Source of the DNA: Patescibacteria group bacterium
GTDB lineage: Bacteria > Patescibacteriota > WWE3 > UBA101185 > UBA10185
Length of the DNA stretch: 41,698 bases
Assembly (NCBI GenBank): GCA_019428825.1
Contig: JAHYJU010000001.1
Span: 1-41,698, forward strand
Direction of reading: 5' to 3'
Positions 17,860 through 26,979 of this stretch are shown piece after piece. Under the pieces are notes generated by a model that saw nothing but the letters and a program-made list of their open reading frames with translations, had not been told where the DNA came from and ran no database searches. Both the position numbers and the translations under genes were made by a program. How positions within the stretch are numbered: position 1 is the stretch's first letter; the number at the start of each line of letters is the position of its first letter.

Positions 17860-18264
17860 CTAAGACTCCATCATCTTAACACCAAATTCTGCGTCTTCTC
17901 CAAGTAAGGAAGCAATTTTATCGGGAAGCTCGGAGGGTACTATATTGTATTTCATTAGATAATCATCAGAACCGTAGTCCATAGCTTTGGCAACATTATC
18001 GTCGTTTCCAAAATTGGTTAACATAATTATTTTAACAACGCTTGTTTCTTCTCTTTCTCGAAGTTCCTTTAGTATATCTAAACCACTCATGCCGGGAAGG
18101 ACAATGTCCAGTAAAACCAAGTCCGGTTTTTCAGTTATAACCTTTTCAACCGCGGCAGAACCATCAGGAACGTGGACAACGTCGTATCCTTTCATCTTCA
18201 AAGGAACTGAAAAGATATTAAAAAAACCTTCGTCATCTTCGACAAACAATATTTTCTTGGGCAT
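17860..18264 (-). CDS. Response regulator, receiver domain only (CheY-like)
   Basis: 134 aa. Acidic pocket FVEDDE and phospho-acceptor context LVLLDIVLPGMSG. No output domain. Confidence 0.85.
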   Translation of the reverse strand: MPKKILFVEDDEGFFNIFSVPLKMKGYDVVHVPDGSAAVEKVITEKPDLVLLDIVLPGMSGLDILKELREREETSVVKIIMLTNFGNDDNVAKAMDYGSDDYLMKYNIVPSELPDKIASLLGEDAEFGVKMMES

Positions 18265-18270
18265 AAAATA

Positions 18271-18299
18271 ATATTACATAATGATTTATAACAAGTAAA
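18271..18299 (-). promoter_or_regulatory. Candidate promoter TTTACT-17-TAATAT, with the ATG 6 nt after the -10 (leaderless-type)
   Basis: Minus strand: TTTACT (18299-18294), a 17-nt spacer, TAATAT (18276-18271), then tatttt and the ATG at 18264. Confidence 0.35.
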
Positions 18300-18333
18300 C
18301 AGTGTAAGTTTTTTTTGAGTAAAACTGTGTTTA

Positions 18334-18687
18334 CTATATGGTATTAGGATAATGCTCAAATCTAATGCGGCTCCCATATTTAGAAACGCAAATAAGATCT
18401 AATTGCCATTCGGGAAAATATTCAAGGTTGGAGTAGGTATCAGATAAAAATTTTTGAATGGTTCTAAGAAGATTTTTCTTTTTACGATAATTAAACATTT
18501 CGCAGGGGCTACAAAATCCGCTAAAAGCGGATTTGACCTCAACAAAGATCAATCTTTCTTTGTAAGCTACAATGTCTATCTCACCTGCGTAGCACGTCCA
18601 ATTGGTGTGTAATATTTTGTAGCCCCTGCTTTTGAGATATATAACGGCGCTTCGTTCCGCTAACCTGCCCACATCCCTCTTGTTCAC
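18334..18687 (-). CDS. yraN: YraN-family (UPF0102) endonuclease-like protein
   Basis: 117 aa with a GTG start. Pattern GRLAERSAVIYLKSRGYKIL ... GEIDIVAYKERLIFVEVKS is typical of the YraN/UPF0102 family. Confidence 0.75.
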   Translation of the reverse strand: MNKRDVGRLAERSAVIYLKSRGYKILHTNWTCYAGEIDIVAYKERLIFVEVKSAFSGFCSPCEMFNYRKKKNLLRTIQKFLSDTYSNLEYFPEWQLDLICVSKYGSRIRFEHYPNTI

Positions 18688-18812
18688 CTCTATACTTTAC
18701 CTCTCACCGAGATAATTTCAATAACTCAAACTCTATTAAAAATAGATAATGCTAATAGAACGGGTTTAATAGGCACGTAGGAGGGGAAGGGGAACTTGGT
18801 GTCAAAAATTTT

Positions 18813-20681
18813 TTAGTTTTCAATTTCCGAAACTTCTTTTTCTACAGTATTATCCGGTGCTATTCCATAGAATTTTACTAACTCTGATGCAATTTCCATC
18901 CATATGGGTGCAGATGTTTCAGCTGCATATGGCGATTCCTTTGGTTCCACCAGTCTAACAATTAAAGAAAATTCTCTTGAACCGGTTAAAAAACCAACGA
19001 AAGTTGCATTAGTTCTGTTTGAAGAATATTTTCCCTCCTCGGGTATTTCTGCTGTTCCCGTTTTACCTGATATTCTATAATCTTTTAAAACAAAAAACTT
19101 AGCCTCCCCACCCTCAGCGGCCTTCTCCAAAACATCGATCATTACATCCGATGTTTCTTGAGAAAGTACTCTTCTAATAGTTTTCGAGGGTATTTCTGTC
19201 TCACCCCTATCATCTACAATTTTTGAAATTATTTTGGGCTGCATTAAATAACCGCCGTTTGCAATGGTATTAAAAGCGTTCAAAACTTGTAGGGACGTTG
19301 CAGAAACCCCTTGACCGAAGGATATATTGGCCAACCCAATGTCAGTCCACTGGTCTTTGTTTGTTAGAATACCTGCCTCCTCGCCTTCCAGATCCACTCC
19401 GGATTTAGAACCTAGACCGAAATTTGAAAAATATTCATGAATCTTGTTTCCACCTACCTGATGACCTACCCACGCCGCCCCAATATTGTTTGATTTTTGA
19501 AGTAACTCAACAATTGTCTGAACACCATGATGATTGCGATCCCAGTTATCAATGATGTAGTCAGAGTACTTAACGGGTCCGCTATCCACGAAAGTTGTAT
19601 TGGGACTAACAATTTTCAGGTCTATAGCTGAAGATATTGTAAGAGGCTTCATAACAGAACCGGGCTCATAAATATCTGAGATAGCTAGGTTTCTTCTTTC
19701 AATATTTTTTCTTCCGGATTTTTCACTGATTTTTTCAAGTTCATTAAAATTAGCCGGGCTATAATCAGGATAATTGGCCAAAGCAATTATTTCCCCGGTA
19801 AAAGGATCCATAACTATAACTGTACCCGAATAAGCATTATACTTTTCAACTCCCTCTTTCAATTTATTTTCAACCATATACTGAATAGCTCTATTTATTG
19901 TTAAAACAACATCTCTACCTTGAACAGGAGATATTTTCTTGTAGCTCCCCATGAGTATAGGACTACCCAAAGCATCTCTCTCTTCGAATATTTTGCCGGG
20001 CTTACCTTTTAAATCCTCATTTAAACCACCCTCGATTCCAAAATAACCAATTTTCTCGCCTTTTTCATCACTACCGACAAAACCAAGTACGTGGCTGGCA
20101 AGATTACCTTCCGGATAATATCTAACAGGATAGTCTTCAAAACCAAATCCCACTAAACCACTTTCCTCAATAATATCCTTCTCCTCTTGAGTTATATTTT
20201 TTAAAACAGGAACCCACATTAAATTTTGACTTATGGCGTTGTGAATTTCCTTAAAATATCTATCGAATAATTCCTTTTTTGTAGAAAATTCAATTGAATC
20301 TTCTAACTCCCCTACAACATCTTGATCAACACTGCCCCCGTCATCACTATGCTCATATCTTTGAGAAACAATTATCTCTGCAAGTTCCTCGGCTGTTTGA
20401 TTAGGATCCTCAATTTTTTGAGGTTCTGCGAATAAAAGGTAGTTATTTATTGCTCCGGCTAAAAGATAGCCATCGGAAGTTAAAATATCACCTCTCTTGG
20501 CGGGAATTTCTATTTGATTAGAATACTGCTCTTCCGCAAGAGCTCTGTAGCTATCGTGTTTTAAAACCTGTACCTGGAAGAGTCTTAATATTACAAAAAC
20601 AAACGCTCCGATAAAAGCTATGAAAACAGCATCGGTACGCCACTCTTGTAATAATTTTCGTCTTTTTCTATTAGGACTCAT
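18813..20681 (-). CDS. ftsI: Class B penicillin-binding protein (FtsI/PBP2-type transpeptidase) of the dcw cluster
   Basis: N-terminal TM. Motifs SxxK (GSVMKP), SxN (KSNNIG) and KTG (GKTGTAE). Position immediately after ftsL. Confidence 0.8.
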   Translation of the reverse strand: MSPNRKRRKLLQEWRTDAVFIAFIGAFVFVILRLFQVQVLKHDSYRALAEEQYSNQIEIPAKRGDILTSDGYLLAGAINNYLLFAEPQKIEDPNQTAEELAEIIVSQRYEHSDDGGSVDQDVVGELEDSIEFSTKKELFDRYFKEIHNAISQNLMWVPVLKNITQEEKDIIEESGLVGFGFEDYPVRYYPEGNLASHVLGFVGSDEKGEKIGYFGIEGGLNEDLKGKPGKIFEERDALGSPILMGSYKKISPVQGRDVVLTINRAIQYMVENKLKEGVEKYNAYSGTVIVMDPFTGEIIALANYPDYSPANFNELEKISEKSGRKNIERRNLAISDIYEPGSVMKPLTISSAIDLKIVSPNTTFVDSGPVKYSDYIIDNWDRNHHGVQTIVELLQKSNNIGAAWVGHQVGGNKIHEYFSNFGLGSKSGVDLEGEEAGILTNKDQWTDIGLANISFGQGVSATSLQVLNAFNTIANGGYLMQPKIISKIVDDRGETEIPSKTIRRVLSQETSDVMIDVLEKAAEGGEAKFFVLKDYRISGKTGTAEIPEEGKYSSNRTNATFVGFLTGSREFSLIVRLVEPKESPYAAETSAPIWMEIASELVKFYGIAPDNTVEKEVSEIEN

Positions 20682-20753
20682 GATTCAAATATTCTACATG
20701 TGCAAATCGACTATTTGCAAACAAATAAACATCATATTTAATTTTTTAAAATT

Positions 20754-21071
20754 TTATCTGGAATTTATTAAAGCAACCTGAACAGGCGCGTCTAAATCTA
20801 TCGACATTAATCTATCACTCATTGGTGTAAAACCCAATTCCTTTGATCTTTCTTCCAAAGAGGTAATAGATGAAATGTCTGAATTTTGAACTTTTAGTCT
20901 TTCTAAATCTTCTTCAACCTCAGCCTTTCTAACAAAAGCCTCTTCCAACTCAGAGTTTTTAATAGTCATACTGTTACAGAGATAGAATTTCATACCTACG
21001 CTGGAGACAAAAAATATGACTGAGAGTGTAAAAATTATTTTAAATATTTTTTCAGATCTTGTTTTTCTCAT
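20754..21071 (-). CDS. ftsL: FtsL-like cell division protein
   Basis: 105 aa. A single TM (IFKIIFTLSVIFFVSSV) is followed by a coiled-coil-like segment. Position between rsmH and ftsI, with a 4-nt ATGA overlap with rsmH. Confidence 0.5.
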   Translation of the reverse strand: MRKTRSEKIFKIIFTLSVIFFVSSVGMKFYLCNSMTIKNSELEEAFVRKAEVEEDLERLKVQNSDISSITSLEERSKELGFTPMSDRLMSIDLDAPVQVALINSR

Positions 21072-21946
21072 CTTTTTTCAAAAATCCTTAACTTCGCACT
21101 CCTACTACGAGGGTTGTGCTGTACCTCTTCTTCAGAAGGTACAATCGGTTTTTTATAGACCTCTTCTACACTAGGCCGCGCGCGGTGGCCAAATTCCTTA
21201 GCCACCTTATCTTCCAATGAATGGAAGGTGATCAGAGCGATCACACTACCAGGCAGCAATAGGCGCGCGGCCTGAGGCAGTGACTTTTTCAGGTTCTCTA
21301 TCTCATCATTTACGATGATTCTCAGAGCCTGAAAGGTTCTTGTGGCAGGATTAATCCTACCTCGTTCATAACCTGGAGAAGATACAGAGTTTATTATTTC
21401 CACGAGATCTCCCGTAGTCTGTATTTTCTTCAAGTCACGAGCTTTTACGATAGCTTTTGCAATTTTTCTGGCTAACCTCTCATCTGAGTAGTTAAATATT
21501 AAATTTGCAATGTCCTTCTCATTAAGAGAATTTACCAAGTCGCCCGCTGTCACCCCAAGTGATTTATCTAATCTCATATCCAATGGTTCATCTAGCTGAA
21601 AACTTAACCCGAGCCCACCCTCCTCTAACTGGTAAGAGCTGTAACCGAGGTCAAAATTGATTCCATTAACTTTTTTAAAACCATTTTCCTCAGCTATTTT
21701 CTCTATATTTTTAAAGTTCCCTAAAAATCCTTTAAAACCTTTACTCAAACCTTCTTTCTCGATCCTTTCTTCAGCTCTTTTTAGAGCATTCTCGTCTATT
21801 TCAATCCCTAAAACTTCCCCGCCTTTTTTTAATATCTCTAAAGTGTGTCCCGCATCACCTAATGTCGCATCGATATACTTGTTACCTTGTTCAACTTTTA
21901 GGTTTTCTATTGTTTCTTTTAAAAGTACCGGCTTATGGTATTCCAT
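21068..21946 (-). CDS. rsmH: 16S rRNA (cytosine1402-N4)-methyltransferase RsmH
   Basis: N-terminus HKPVLLKETIENL and SAM motif DATLGDAGHT, ...FHSLEDK..., C-terminal NPRSRSAKLR. Position after mraZ. Confidence 0.9.
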   Translation of the reverse strand: MEYHKPVLLKETIENLKVEQGNKYIDATLGDAGHTLEILKKGGEVLGIEIDENALKRAEERIEKEGLSKGFKGFLGNFKNIEKIAEENGFKKVNGINFDLGYSSYQLEEGGLGLSFQLDEPLDMRLDKSLGVTAGDLVNSLNEKDIANLIFNYSDERLARKIAKAIVKARDLKKIQTTGDLVEIINSVSSPGYERGRINPATRTFQALRIIVNDEIENLKKSLPQAARLLLPGSVIALITFHSLEDKVAKEFGHRARPSVEEVYKKPIVPSEEEVQHNPRSRSAKLRIFEKR

Positions 21947-21955
21947 TTGTCTTTT

Positions 21956-22366
21956 CTAGGCAGACAAATTAAATGAAATTTTTTCCGAATGTTCCGACCA
22001 ATTATCTAAATCCCAAATTTCAACATGATCTCCTGCTCCTATGACTATTGTTTTCTTATTTATCTGTGCGTATTCTTTTAAATTATTGGGTATTACCACT
22101 CTCCCTTGTGAATCTATTGTGGTTTCTGAAGCTCCGGAGTACATATATCTCTTTAGGTCCCTTGTTCTTGAATCAGTTATAGGGTTTTCAATCTGCTTTT
22201 GGGCCTCCGTGACCCAGTCTTCCTTATCATATACAAATATGCATTTTTCAAAGCCTTTCGAGAGAATTATTTCATCTCCCGAGATTTGTTCCCGAAGTTT
22301 CTTGGGCAGAGCTATTCTTGATCCTTCGGTGATATTTGGTTGGTATTCCCCAAGAAACATTTTCAT
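21956..22366 (-). CDS. mraZ: Transcriptional regulator MraZ
   Basis: 136 aa. MFLGEY N-terminus (from Met3) and two SpoVT/AbrB-like repeats (EGSRIALPKKLR and DSQGRVVIPNNLKEYA). First gene of the dcw cluster. Confidence 0.85.
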   Translation of the reverse strand: MKMFLGEYQPNITEGSRIALPKKLREQISGDEIILSKGFEKCIFVYDKEDWVTEAQKQIENPITDSRTRDLKRYMYSGASETTIDSQGRVVIPNNLKEYAQINKKTIVIGAGDHVEIWDLDNWSEHSEKISFNLSA

Positions 22367-22400
22367 ATTTTTTACCTGAGAACTAAAACTTACTTTTTAC

Positions 22401-22440
22401 TTTCACCATTTGTCACCAGGTTATATCCAATATCCACCAT
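22401..22440 (-). promoter_or_regulatory. Candidate MraZ operator: phased GGTGR direct repeats
   Basis: The minus strand reads caaatGGTGGatattGGATAtaacctGGTGAcaaatGGTGAaag. GGTGG (22438-22434), GGTGA (22417-22413) and GGTGA (22407-22403) lie at 21- and 10-nt offsets, with a degenerate box between them. The boxes overlap and follow the candidate mraZ promoter. Confidence 0.5.
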
Positions 22441-22457
22441 TTGATATCCGTTGTCAA
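22429..22457 (-). promoter_or_regulatory. Candidate mraZ (dcw) promoter TTGACA-17-GATATT
   Basis: Minus strand: TTGACA (22457-22452), a 17-nt spacer, GATATT (22434-22429). Confidence 0.45.
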
Positions 22458-22477
22458 TACAAAGAAAACCCGAAGTC

Positions 22478-22505
22478 TTGAAAAAATGTGAAAATAAGGT
22501 ATATT
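22478..22505 (+). promoter_or_regulatory. Candidate promoter TTGAAA-16-TATATT for the orphan ORF divergent from mraZ
   Basis: TTGAAA at 22478-22483, a 16-nt spacer, TATATT at 22500-22505. This lies downstream of the TTG (22451) that the ORF track uses as the start. Confidence 0.45.
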
Positions 22506-22537
22506 GGTTCAGCCAAAAACAGAGAAAGGATAGAATT

Positions 22538-22849
22538 GTGAGTAAAATAAAAAAAGGAAGTGATGAGATATTAGAAATGGGGAAATTTTTTTATTTCATA
22601 GAATTAACATGTGAAAACGATGTTACAGCGGCTTTTGATTTGCAATCAATTAATCGCGTCTTAGATTATGAAATCATCAATAACACATCCGATAAGGATA
22701 TTTGGTATATAGGTCCTTTTGGCACTAAAAAGGAAGCGTGCCAAACTCAAAAAATTTTGAATGCTAGGTCCAATCAAATTAAGAGTTACAGAGAGAGAAA
22801 TGAGCTCCCACCTAGATTGTGGAAATTTCTTTCGGAAAGGAGAGACTAA
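22538..22849 (+). CDS. Hypothetical soluble protein (orphan); start moved to GTG 22538 (the ORF track starts it at TTG 22451)
   Basis: The TTG at 22451 overlaps the mraZ -35 box and lies upstream of the candidate promoter. In-frame GTG 22538 has GAAAGGA 7 nt upstream. ATG 22577 is an alternative start. A strong terminator follows. No family recognised. Confidence 0.45.
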   Translation: MSKIKKGSDEILEMGKFFYFIELTCENDVTAAFDLQSINRVLDYEIINNTSDKDIWYIGPFGTKKEACQTQKILNARSNQIKSYRERNELPPRLWKFLSERRD

Positions 22850-22863
22850 AAAAATTTATCTAA

Positions 22864-22904
22864 AGTGAGGGTTGTAACGAAAATCACCAACCCTCACTTT
22901 TTTA
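22864..22904 (+). terminator. Strong rho-independent terminator shared by convergent genes
   Basis: Perfect 11-bp inverted repeat agtgagggttg (22864-22874) / caaccctcact (22888-22898) with a 13-nt loop, followed by TTTTTT. The T tract overlaps the glyQS stop codon. Confidence 0.8.
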
Positions 22905-24278
22905 TATTCTTGAGTAAATATCTTCTATCCTTACTCTCTCTTGCTCCATGGTATCTCTATCTCTAATAGTTACAGTACCATCCTCTAATGTTTGGTAATC
23001 AACTGTCACACAGTAAGGGGTTCCAATCTCATCCTGTGCAAAATACCTTTTACCTATATTTCCCCTGTCATCCCAATTAGCAGAGAATCCTTGGATTAAT
23101 AAATTCTCATAAATCTCTTTTGCTTTTTTAACAAGTTCTTCCTTATTTTTCACTAAAGGGAAAACAGCCACACGATAAGGTGCAACTTTTTTATCTAATT
23201 TTAAAACTACCCTACCCTCTTCTTCCACATAACCGTTTGTCAGAAGGGCTAAAAATATTCTTGATGAACCAAACGTAGGTTCTACAACATGAGGAATGTA
23301 TTTTTCATTAGTTTCAGGTTCAATATATCTAAGATCAACCCCGGACTTTTCGGTGTGATTTCTAAGATCAAAATCAGTTCTATAGGCCAAACCGAACATT
23401 TCCTTGAATCCAACTGCAAATTCAAAATCCAAATCCTCAGTCCTACTGGAATAATGTGACCTCTCCTCGTCAGAATGGGTTCTCCATCTCAATTTACTTT
23501 CAGATATTCCCAAAGACACTATCCAATCCTTCATTTCTTTTTTCCAATATTCAAATAGTTCTTCCCAGCTTTGTTGATTTGGGTTGAAAAAATATTCGAA
23601 TTCCATGAGTGTGAACTCCAAAGTTCTGAATATAAAATTCCCTTTAGTAATTTCGTTTCTAAAAACTTTTCCTATCTGGGCTAATCCAAAAGGTATTTTT
23701 AATCTTTGAGAGTCCACAACATTTTTAAAGTTTACAAACATTCCCTGCGCTAACTCCCCTCGAAGATAATTTAGAGACCTATTCTCAGGGACAATTCCGA
23801 TATGGGTTTCAAAAAGATTATTGAACTTTCGTGGTTTGGTCCAATTAAATTTTCCACACTCAGGACAGGGTATTTTATTCTCACTCATAATTTTCTCAAG
23901 GTCTTCCTCACTTCTACCTTCAACCATTTCAGCTTTCCCAATACTTTCAAAATAGGCCTCTATTAACTTCTCGGCTCCTGTTCTTTGTTTACAATCCTTA
24001 CAATCAACTAATACCTCATTGAAATTCGCTGTGTGCCCGGATGCAATCCAAACCTCAGGTGACATAAATACTGCTGTGTCAAGACCAAAAATATCAGGTC
24101 TTTTAGTAACAAAATTCTCCCACCATAAATTTTGGATATTTCTCATCATCAAAGCACCTAAAGGTCCATAATCATACGTGTTAGCTAAACCCCCGTATAT
24201 TTCGGATCCCGGGAAAACAAATCCCCTTCTTTTGCATAAAGATACAATCTTTTGTTGTAAGTTATCGGTTTCTTTCAT
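22902..24278 (-). CDS. glyQS: Glycine--tRNA ligase (dimeric class II GlyRS)
   Basis: 458 aa. The N-terminal signature KRRGFVFPGSEIYGGLANTYDYGPLG and the overall length are typical of alpha2-type GlyRS. Confidence 0.9.
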   Translation of the reverse strand: MKETDNLQQKIVSLCKRRGFVFPGSEIYGGLANTYDYGPLGALMMRNIQNLWWENFVTKRPDIFGLDTAVFMSPEVWIASGHTANFNEVLVDCKDCKQRTGAEKLIEAYFESIGKAEMVEGRSEEDLEKIMSENKIPCPECGKFNWTKPRKFNNLFETHIGIVPENRSLNYLRGELAQGMFVNFKNVVDSQRLKIPFGLAQIGKVFRNEITKGNFIFRTLEFTLMEFEYFFNPNQQSWEELFEYWKKEMKDWIVSLGISESKLRWRTHSDEERSHYSSRTEDLDFEFAVGFKEMFGLAYRTDFDLRNHTEKSGVDLRYIEPETNEKYIPHVVEPTFGSSRIFLALLTNGYVEEEGRVVLKLDKKVAPYRVAVFPLVKNKEELVKKAKEIYENLLIQGFSANWDDRGNIGKRYFAQDEIGTPYCVTVDYQTLEDGTVTIRDRDTMEQERVRIEDIYSRI

Positions 24279-24295
24279 AGATGAAGTATATCAAA

Positions 24296-25021
24296 TCATT
24301 TAGTATCTATCTCTAAGCTTTTAAATTTACTTTCAATTTTTCTTCCGATGTACATTTTCATTATTTTATCTATTTCAGAAACATGTTTGTGAAAATCTTT
24401 ATTAAATTTTCCATTAGAAATAGGGTCAAGTGCTAAAGCCATATTCTTGGGAATTTCTATACCTAAATTGGAGCATTTCTCACATTCAATACTTCCATTT
24501 TCAATATTAAACCTATACTCTTTCCAATTATCATCTAAATTTATTCCACATTTACCGCATTTATCTAAAGTTAGTTGATAACCTAAGATTTTCATTAACC
24601 TAATTTCAAAATACGTTACGAAAAGATCTCCTGAGTAACCATTTTTATCCAGTGCCTTTAAACACTTAACCAGAAGTTCAAAAATACCTGAAAATTGATT
24701 ATCTTCCTCTGTAGCTCTGTAAACTAGTTCGGATATATAGTAGGCCTTTAATGACTTATCGAGATTTTTTTTAATACTTTTAAAAGATTCTATTGTCCTA
24801 ACCTCCTCGATATTTTTAAACCCTGAGCTGTCTTCGTGTATTTTTACTAAAACTAAATTTAAAGTATCTAAGTTACCGCTTCTTCTGGAACTAATTTTTC
24901 TCACACCCCGGGCAATGGCGGAAATTTTTCCTTGTTCTTTGGTCAAAAGGGTAAAAATTTTATCAGAGTCCTTGTATTTTACACTTTTCAATACTACAGC
25001 TCTGATGTTATATTTTTTCAT
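24296..25021 (-). CDS. recO: DNA repair protein RecO
   Basis: 241 aa. N-terminal OB-fold-like region (AVVLKSVKYKDSDKIFTLLTKEQGKISAIARGVRK) and C-terminal Cys4 pattern (CGKCG ... CEKC). Confidence 0.8.
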   Translation of the reverse strand: MKKYNIRAVVLKSVKYKDSDKIFTLLTKEQGKISAIARGVRKISSRRSGNLDTLNLVLVKIHEDSSGFKNIEEVRTIESFKSIKKNLDKSLKAYYISELVYRATEEDNQFSGIFELLVKCLKALDKNGYSGDLFVTYFEIRLMKILGYQLTLDKCGKCGINLDDNWKEYRFNIENGSIECEKCSNLGIEIPKNMALALDPISNGKFNKDFHKHVSEIDKIMKMYIGRKIESKFKSLEIDTK

Positions 25022-25029
25022 TACTCAAC

Positions 25030-26979
25030 TCACTTTTTTATCTTAACGATAGTATCTTTGAAAAGGTCTATCTCTTTGGTATCACCCTCAAATATAACAG
25101 TGTGTTTTTCTCTTTCTATTCCTGATTGCTTTTGAATGTTCAAAATGTAATTTGACGGGTCAACAAACTCATCCGGCAAATAGTACTTAAAAGTAATCTC
25201 CTTAGACTCACCGGGACCGAGTTCCAGATAACCGCTATACCAAACCTTATTTCTTTCCTCATCGGTAAGATTCAACGAATCATTCTCAGAACCTTCTACT
25301 GAAATAAGTTCCGTGCCTAGAGGTGTATATACTCTTACCCAATCCCTGAATCTTTTCACTAAAGCACCGTATTCAGGCGAAGGCTCAGTGTATTGATATT
25401 TAATGTTTATAGTCTTTAACCACCTATCACCTTCTCTAGCGAGGTTGTGAGTTACTTCTTTTGTAGTAAACCAATTGGTTTTATCTCCACCAAGATTTGT
25501 TGAAACTATCATAGAATAATCTCCCTCAACCTCTTCTTTTATCCTCCCGCCTATACCGTACTCATCTACCAATACCTGGGCTTCTTCATCAAAAACATAA
25601 ACCGAAATATGTTTCCTGGTAGCAAGATCAATACCTTTTTCAATTAATTTTGGCCACAGGTTACTGTCGGATTCAAAAACATTTACTAACATTCCCTGCA
25701 TCAAATCCCCAAGAACTCTTTTTCTATTGGCTTGTTCAGCTAAAGCCAGGGAGGCAATCTTTTCCAGCTCTAAAACAACATTATCTTGAGTATATGTAAT
25801 TCCGTTTACAGTCACCGGACCTGTTACTTCCAACAACTCTTTAATTACAAAGGTATCAATAGCAAAAATTCCATCTACCGGTTTTATCTCGTAAGGATTT
25901 ATTCTTCCGGCCATATTATAGAAAATCATAAATTGATCCATGGAGGTTATGAAATCAGGTGAATAATTCATGTCTCTCGCATACCATCTCTCTACTTTTA
26001 AAAGAATCTCATATGCAAGAGGGGCATCGGGAAAATCGTAATAAGCGTCTATCTCATCTAGGGTTAAATCCACACTATACATGTCTCTTGAAGTAAAATC
26101 AGAGTCCAGTAACCCGTTGTTTATTTTAAAAGTAGCGTAATTGGTCATAAAACCACCCGTAGGTCTTATTTCTTTATCATTCTGCATAACTATCATGTAT
26201 CTTTTTGTTGGTGTACCTACAGCAAGTACTCCCGGAATTATTTGAAGTGCGTTTTTTATATCCGGAGCATACTCATCGGCTTTTGATAATGTGTTTTTCA
26301 TAAACTCTATATTGGATCTTATCTCTATCTTTCCAATTTTCTGTGGATATTTATCAACATTAACATCTTGAAGCTCCTCTCCTACTTTACTAACTCTCTC
26401 TATAACCCCGTCCATTTGGTCAGCAACTTCAGGCATAACTGATATCCATCCTTGAAAAGCCTCCATTAAACCCTCTGCTTTGGGTAGTTCCTGATCAGGA
26501 GAAACCTTCAAACCCGCTGCTTCAGAAAACGGAGTGATTATTCTTGAAGTTTCTCTCAAAGCATCTACTGCATAAACTCCTGCGTTAACGAATTTATCAA
26601 AATCAGAGTAATATTCGTTGGCCTTAAATAATTTTAAATTTCTTGCCCATCCATATCTTTTATCTTTCTCCTTTTTAAGTTTTATCAAGTCTTCCTCAGT
26701 TCTATCCAAAACCTCATTCAATTCAACCAAATCTCTATTTTGCAAAGCTTCTCCTATTGCTGAGGCATCTTTTTTTATAACATTAAATCCTGAATAAAGT
26801 GCTAAAGCCGGTCTGATTAAGATTAAATAAAATACTGTTCCAACTAAAAGTAGTACCCCTCCAACTATCATAAGCTGTTTTTTATATTTTACAAAAAACT
26901 TTTTACCATTGCTTTTATCAGTTTTATTATTTTTTTTCATAACAGGAGTTTTTGAACCCCAAAATCTAGAATTTGCCAT
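25030..26979 (-). CDS. DUF4012-like membrane-anchored protein of polysaccharide loci
   Basis: 649 aa. A basic N-terminus is followed by one TM (LMIVGGVLLLVGTVFYLILI) and a large extracytoplasmic domain containing EIRPTGGFMTNYA, which I recall as typical of DUF4012. TAATG overlap with the upstream phosphoglycosyl transferase. Confidence 0.55.
   Translation of the reverse strand: MANSRFWGSKTPVMKKNNKTDKSNGKKFFVKYKKQLMIVGGVLLLVGTVFYLILIRPALALYSGFNVIKKDASAIGEALQNRDLVELNEVLDRTEEDLIKLKKEKDKRYGWARNLKLFKANEYYSDFDKFVNAGVYAVDALRETSRIITPFSEAAGLKVSPDQELPKAEGLMEAFQGWISVMPEVADQMDGVIERVSKVGEELQDVNVDKYPQKIGKIEIRSNIEFMKNTLSKADEYAPDIKNALQIIPGVLAVGTPTKRYMIVMQNDKEIRPTGGFMTNYATFKINNGLLDSDFTSRDMYSVDLTLDEIDAYYDFPDAPLAYEILLKVERWYARDMNYSPDFITSMDQFMIFYNMAGRINPYEIKPVDGIFAIDTFVIKELLEVTGPVTVNGITYTQDNVVLELEKIASLALAEQANRKRVLGDLMQGMLVNVFESDSNLWPKLIEKGIDLATRKHISVYVFDEEAQVLVDEYGIGGRIKEEVEGDYSMIVSTNLGGDKTNWFTTKEVTHNLAREGDRWLKTINIKYQYTEPSPEYGALVKRFRDWVRVYTPLGTELISVEGSENDSLNLTDEERNKVWYSGYLELGPGESKEITFKYYLPDEFVDPSNYILNIQKQSGIEREKHTVIFEGDTKEIDLFKDTIVKIKK

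Noticed and set aside
18771-18795. The G-rich tract ggaggggaaggggaac as a G-quadruplex.
   Set aside because: It has only three usable G-runs, and four are needed. It more likely reflects the polypurine/polypyrimidine composition of the ftsI-yraN spacer.
20701-20719. The small hairpin tgcaaat-cgact-atttgca between ftsL and ftsI as a terminator.
   Set aside because: The stem is 7 bp and AT-rich with no U-tract, and it lies inside an operon whose genes must be co-expressed. It is at most a minor processing or stability element.
22451-22537. The TTG start at 22451 that the ORF track uses for the 132-aa ORF.
   Set aside because: The TTG overlaps the mraZ -35 box and lies upstream of the only plausible plus-strand promoter (22478-22505). 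In-frame GTG 22538 with GAAAGGA 7 nt upstream is more credible.
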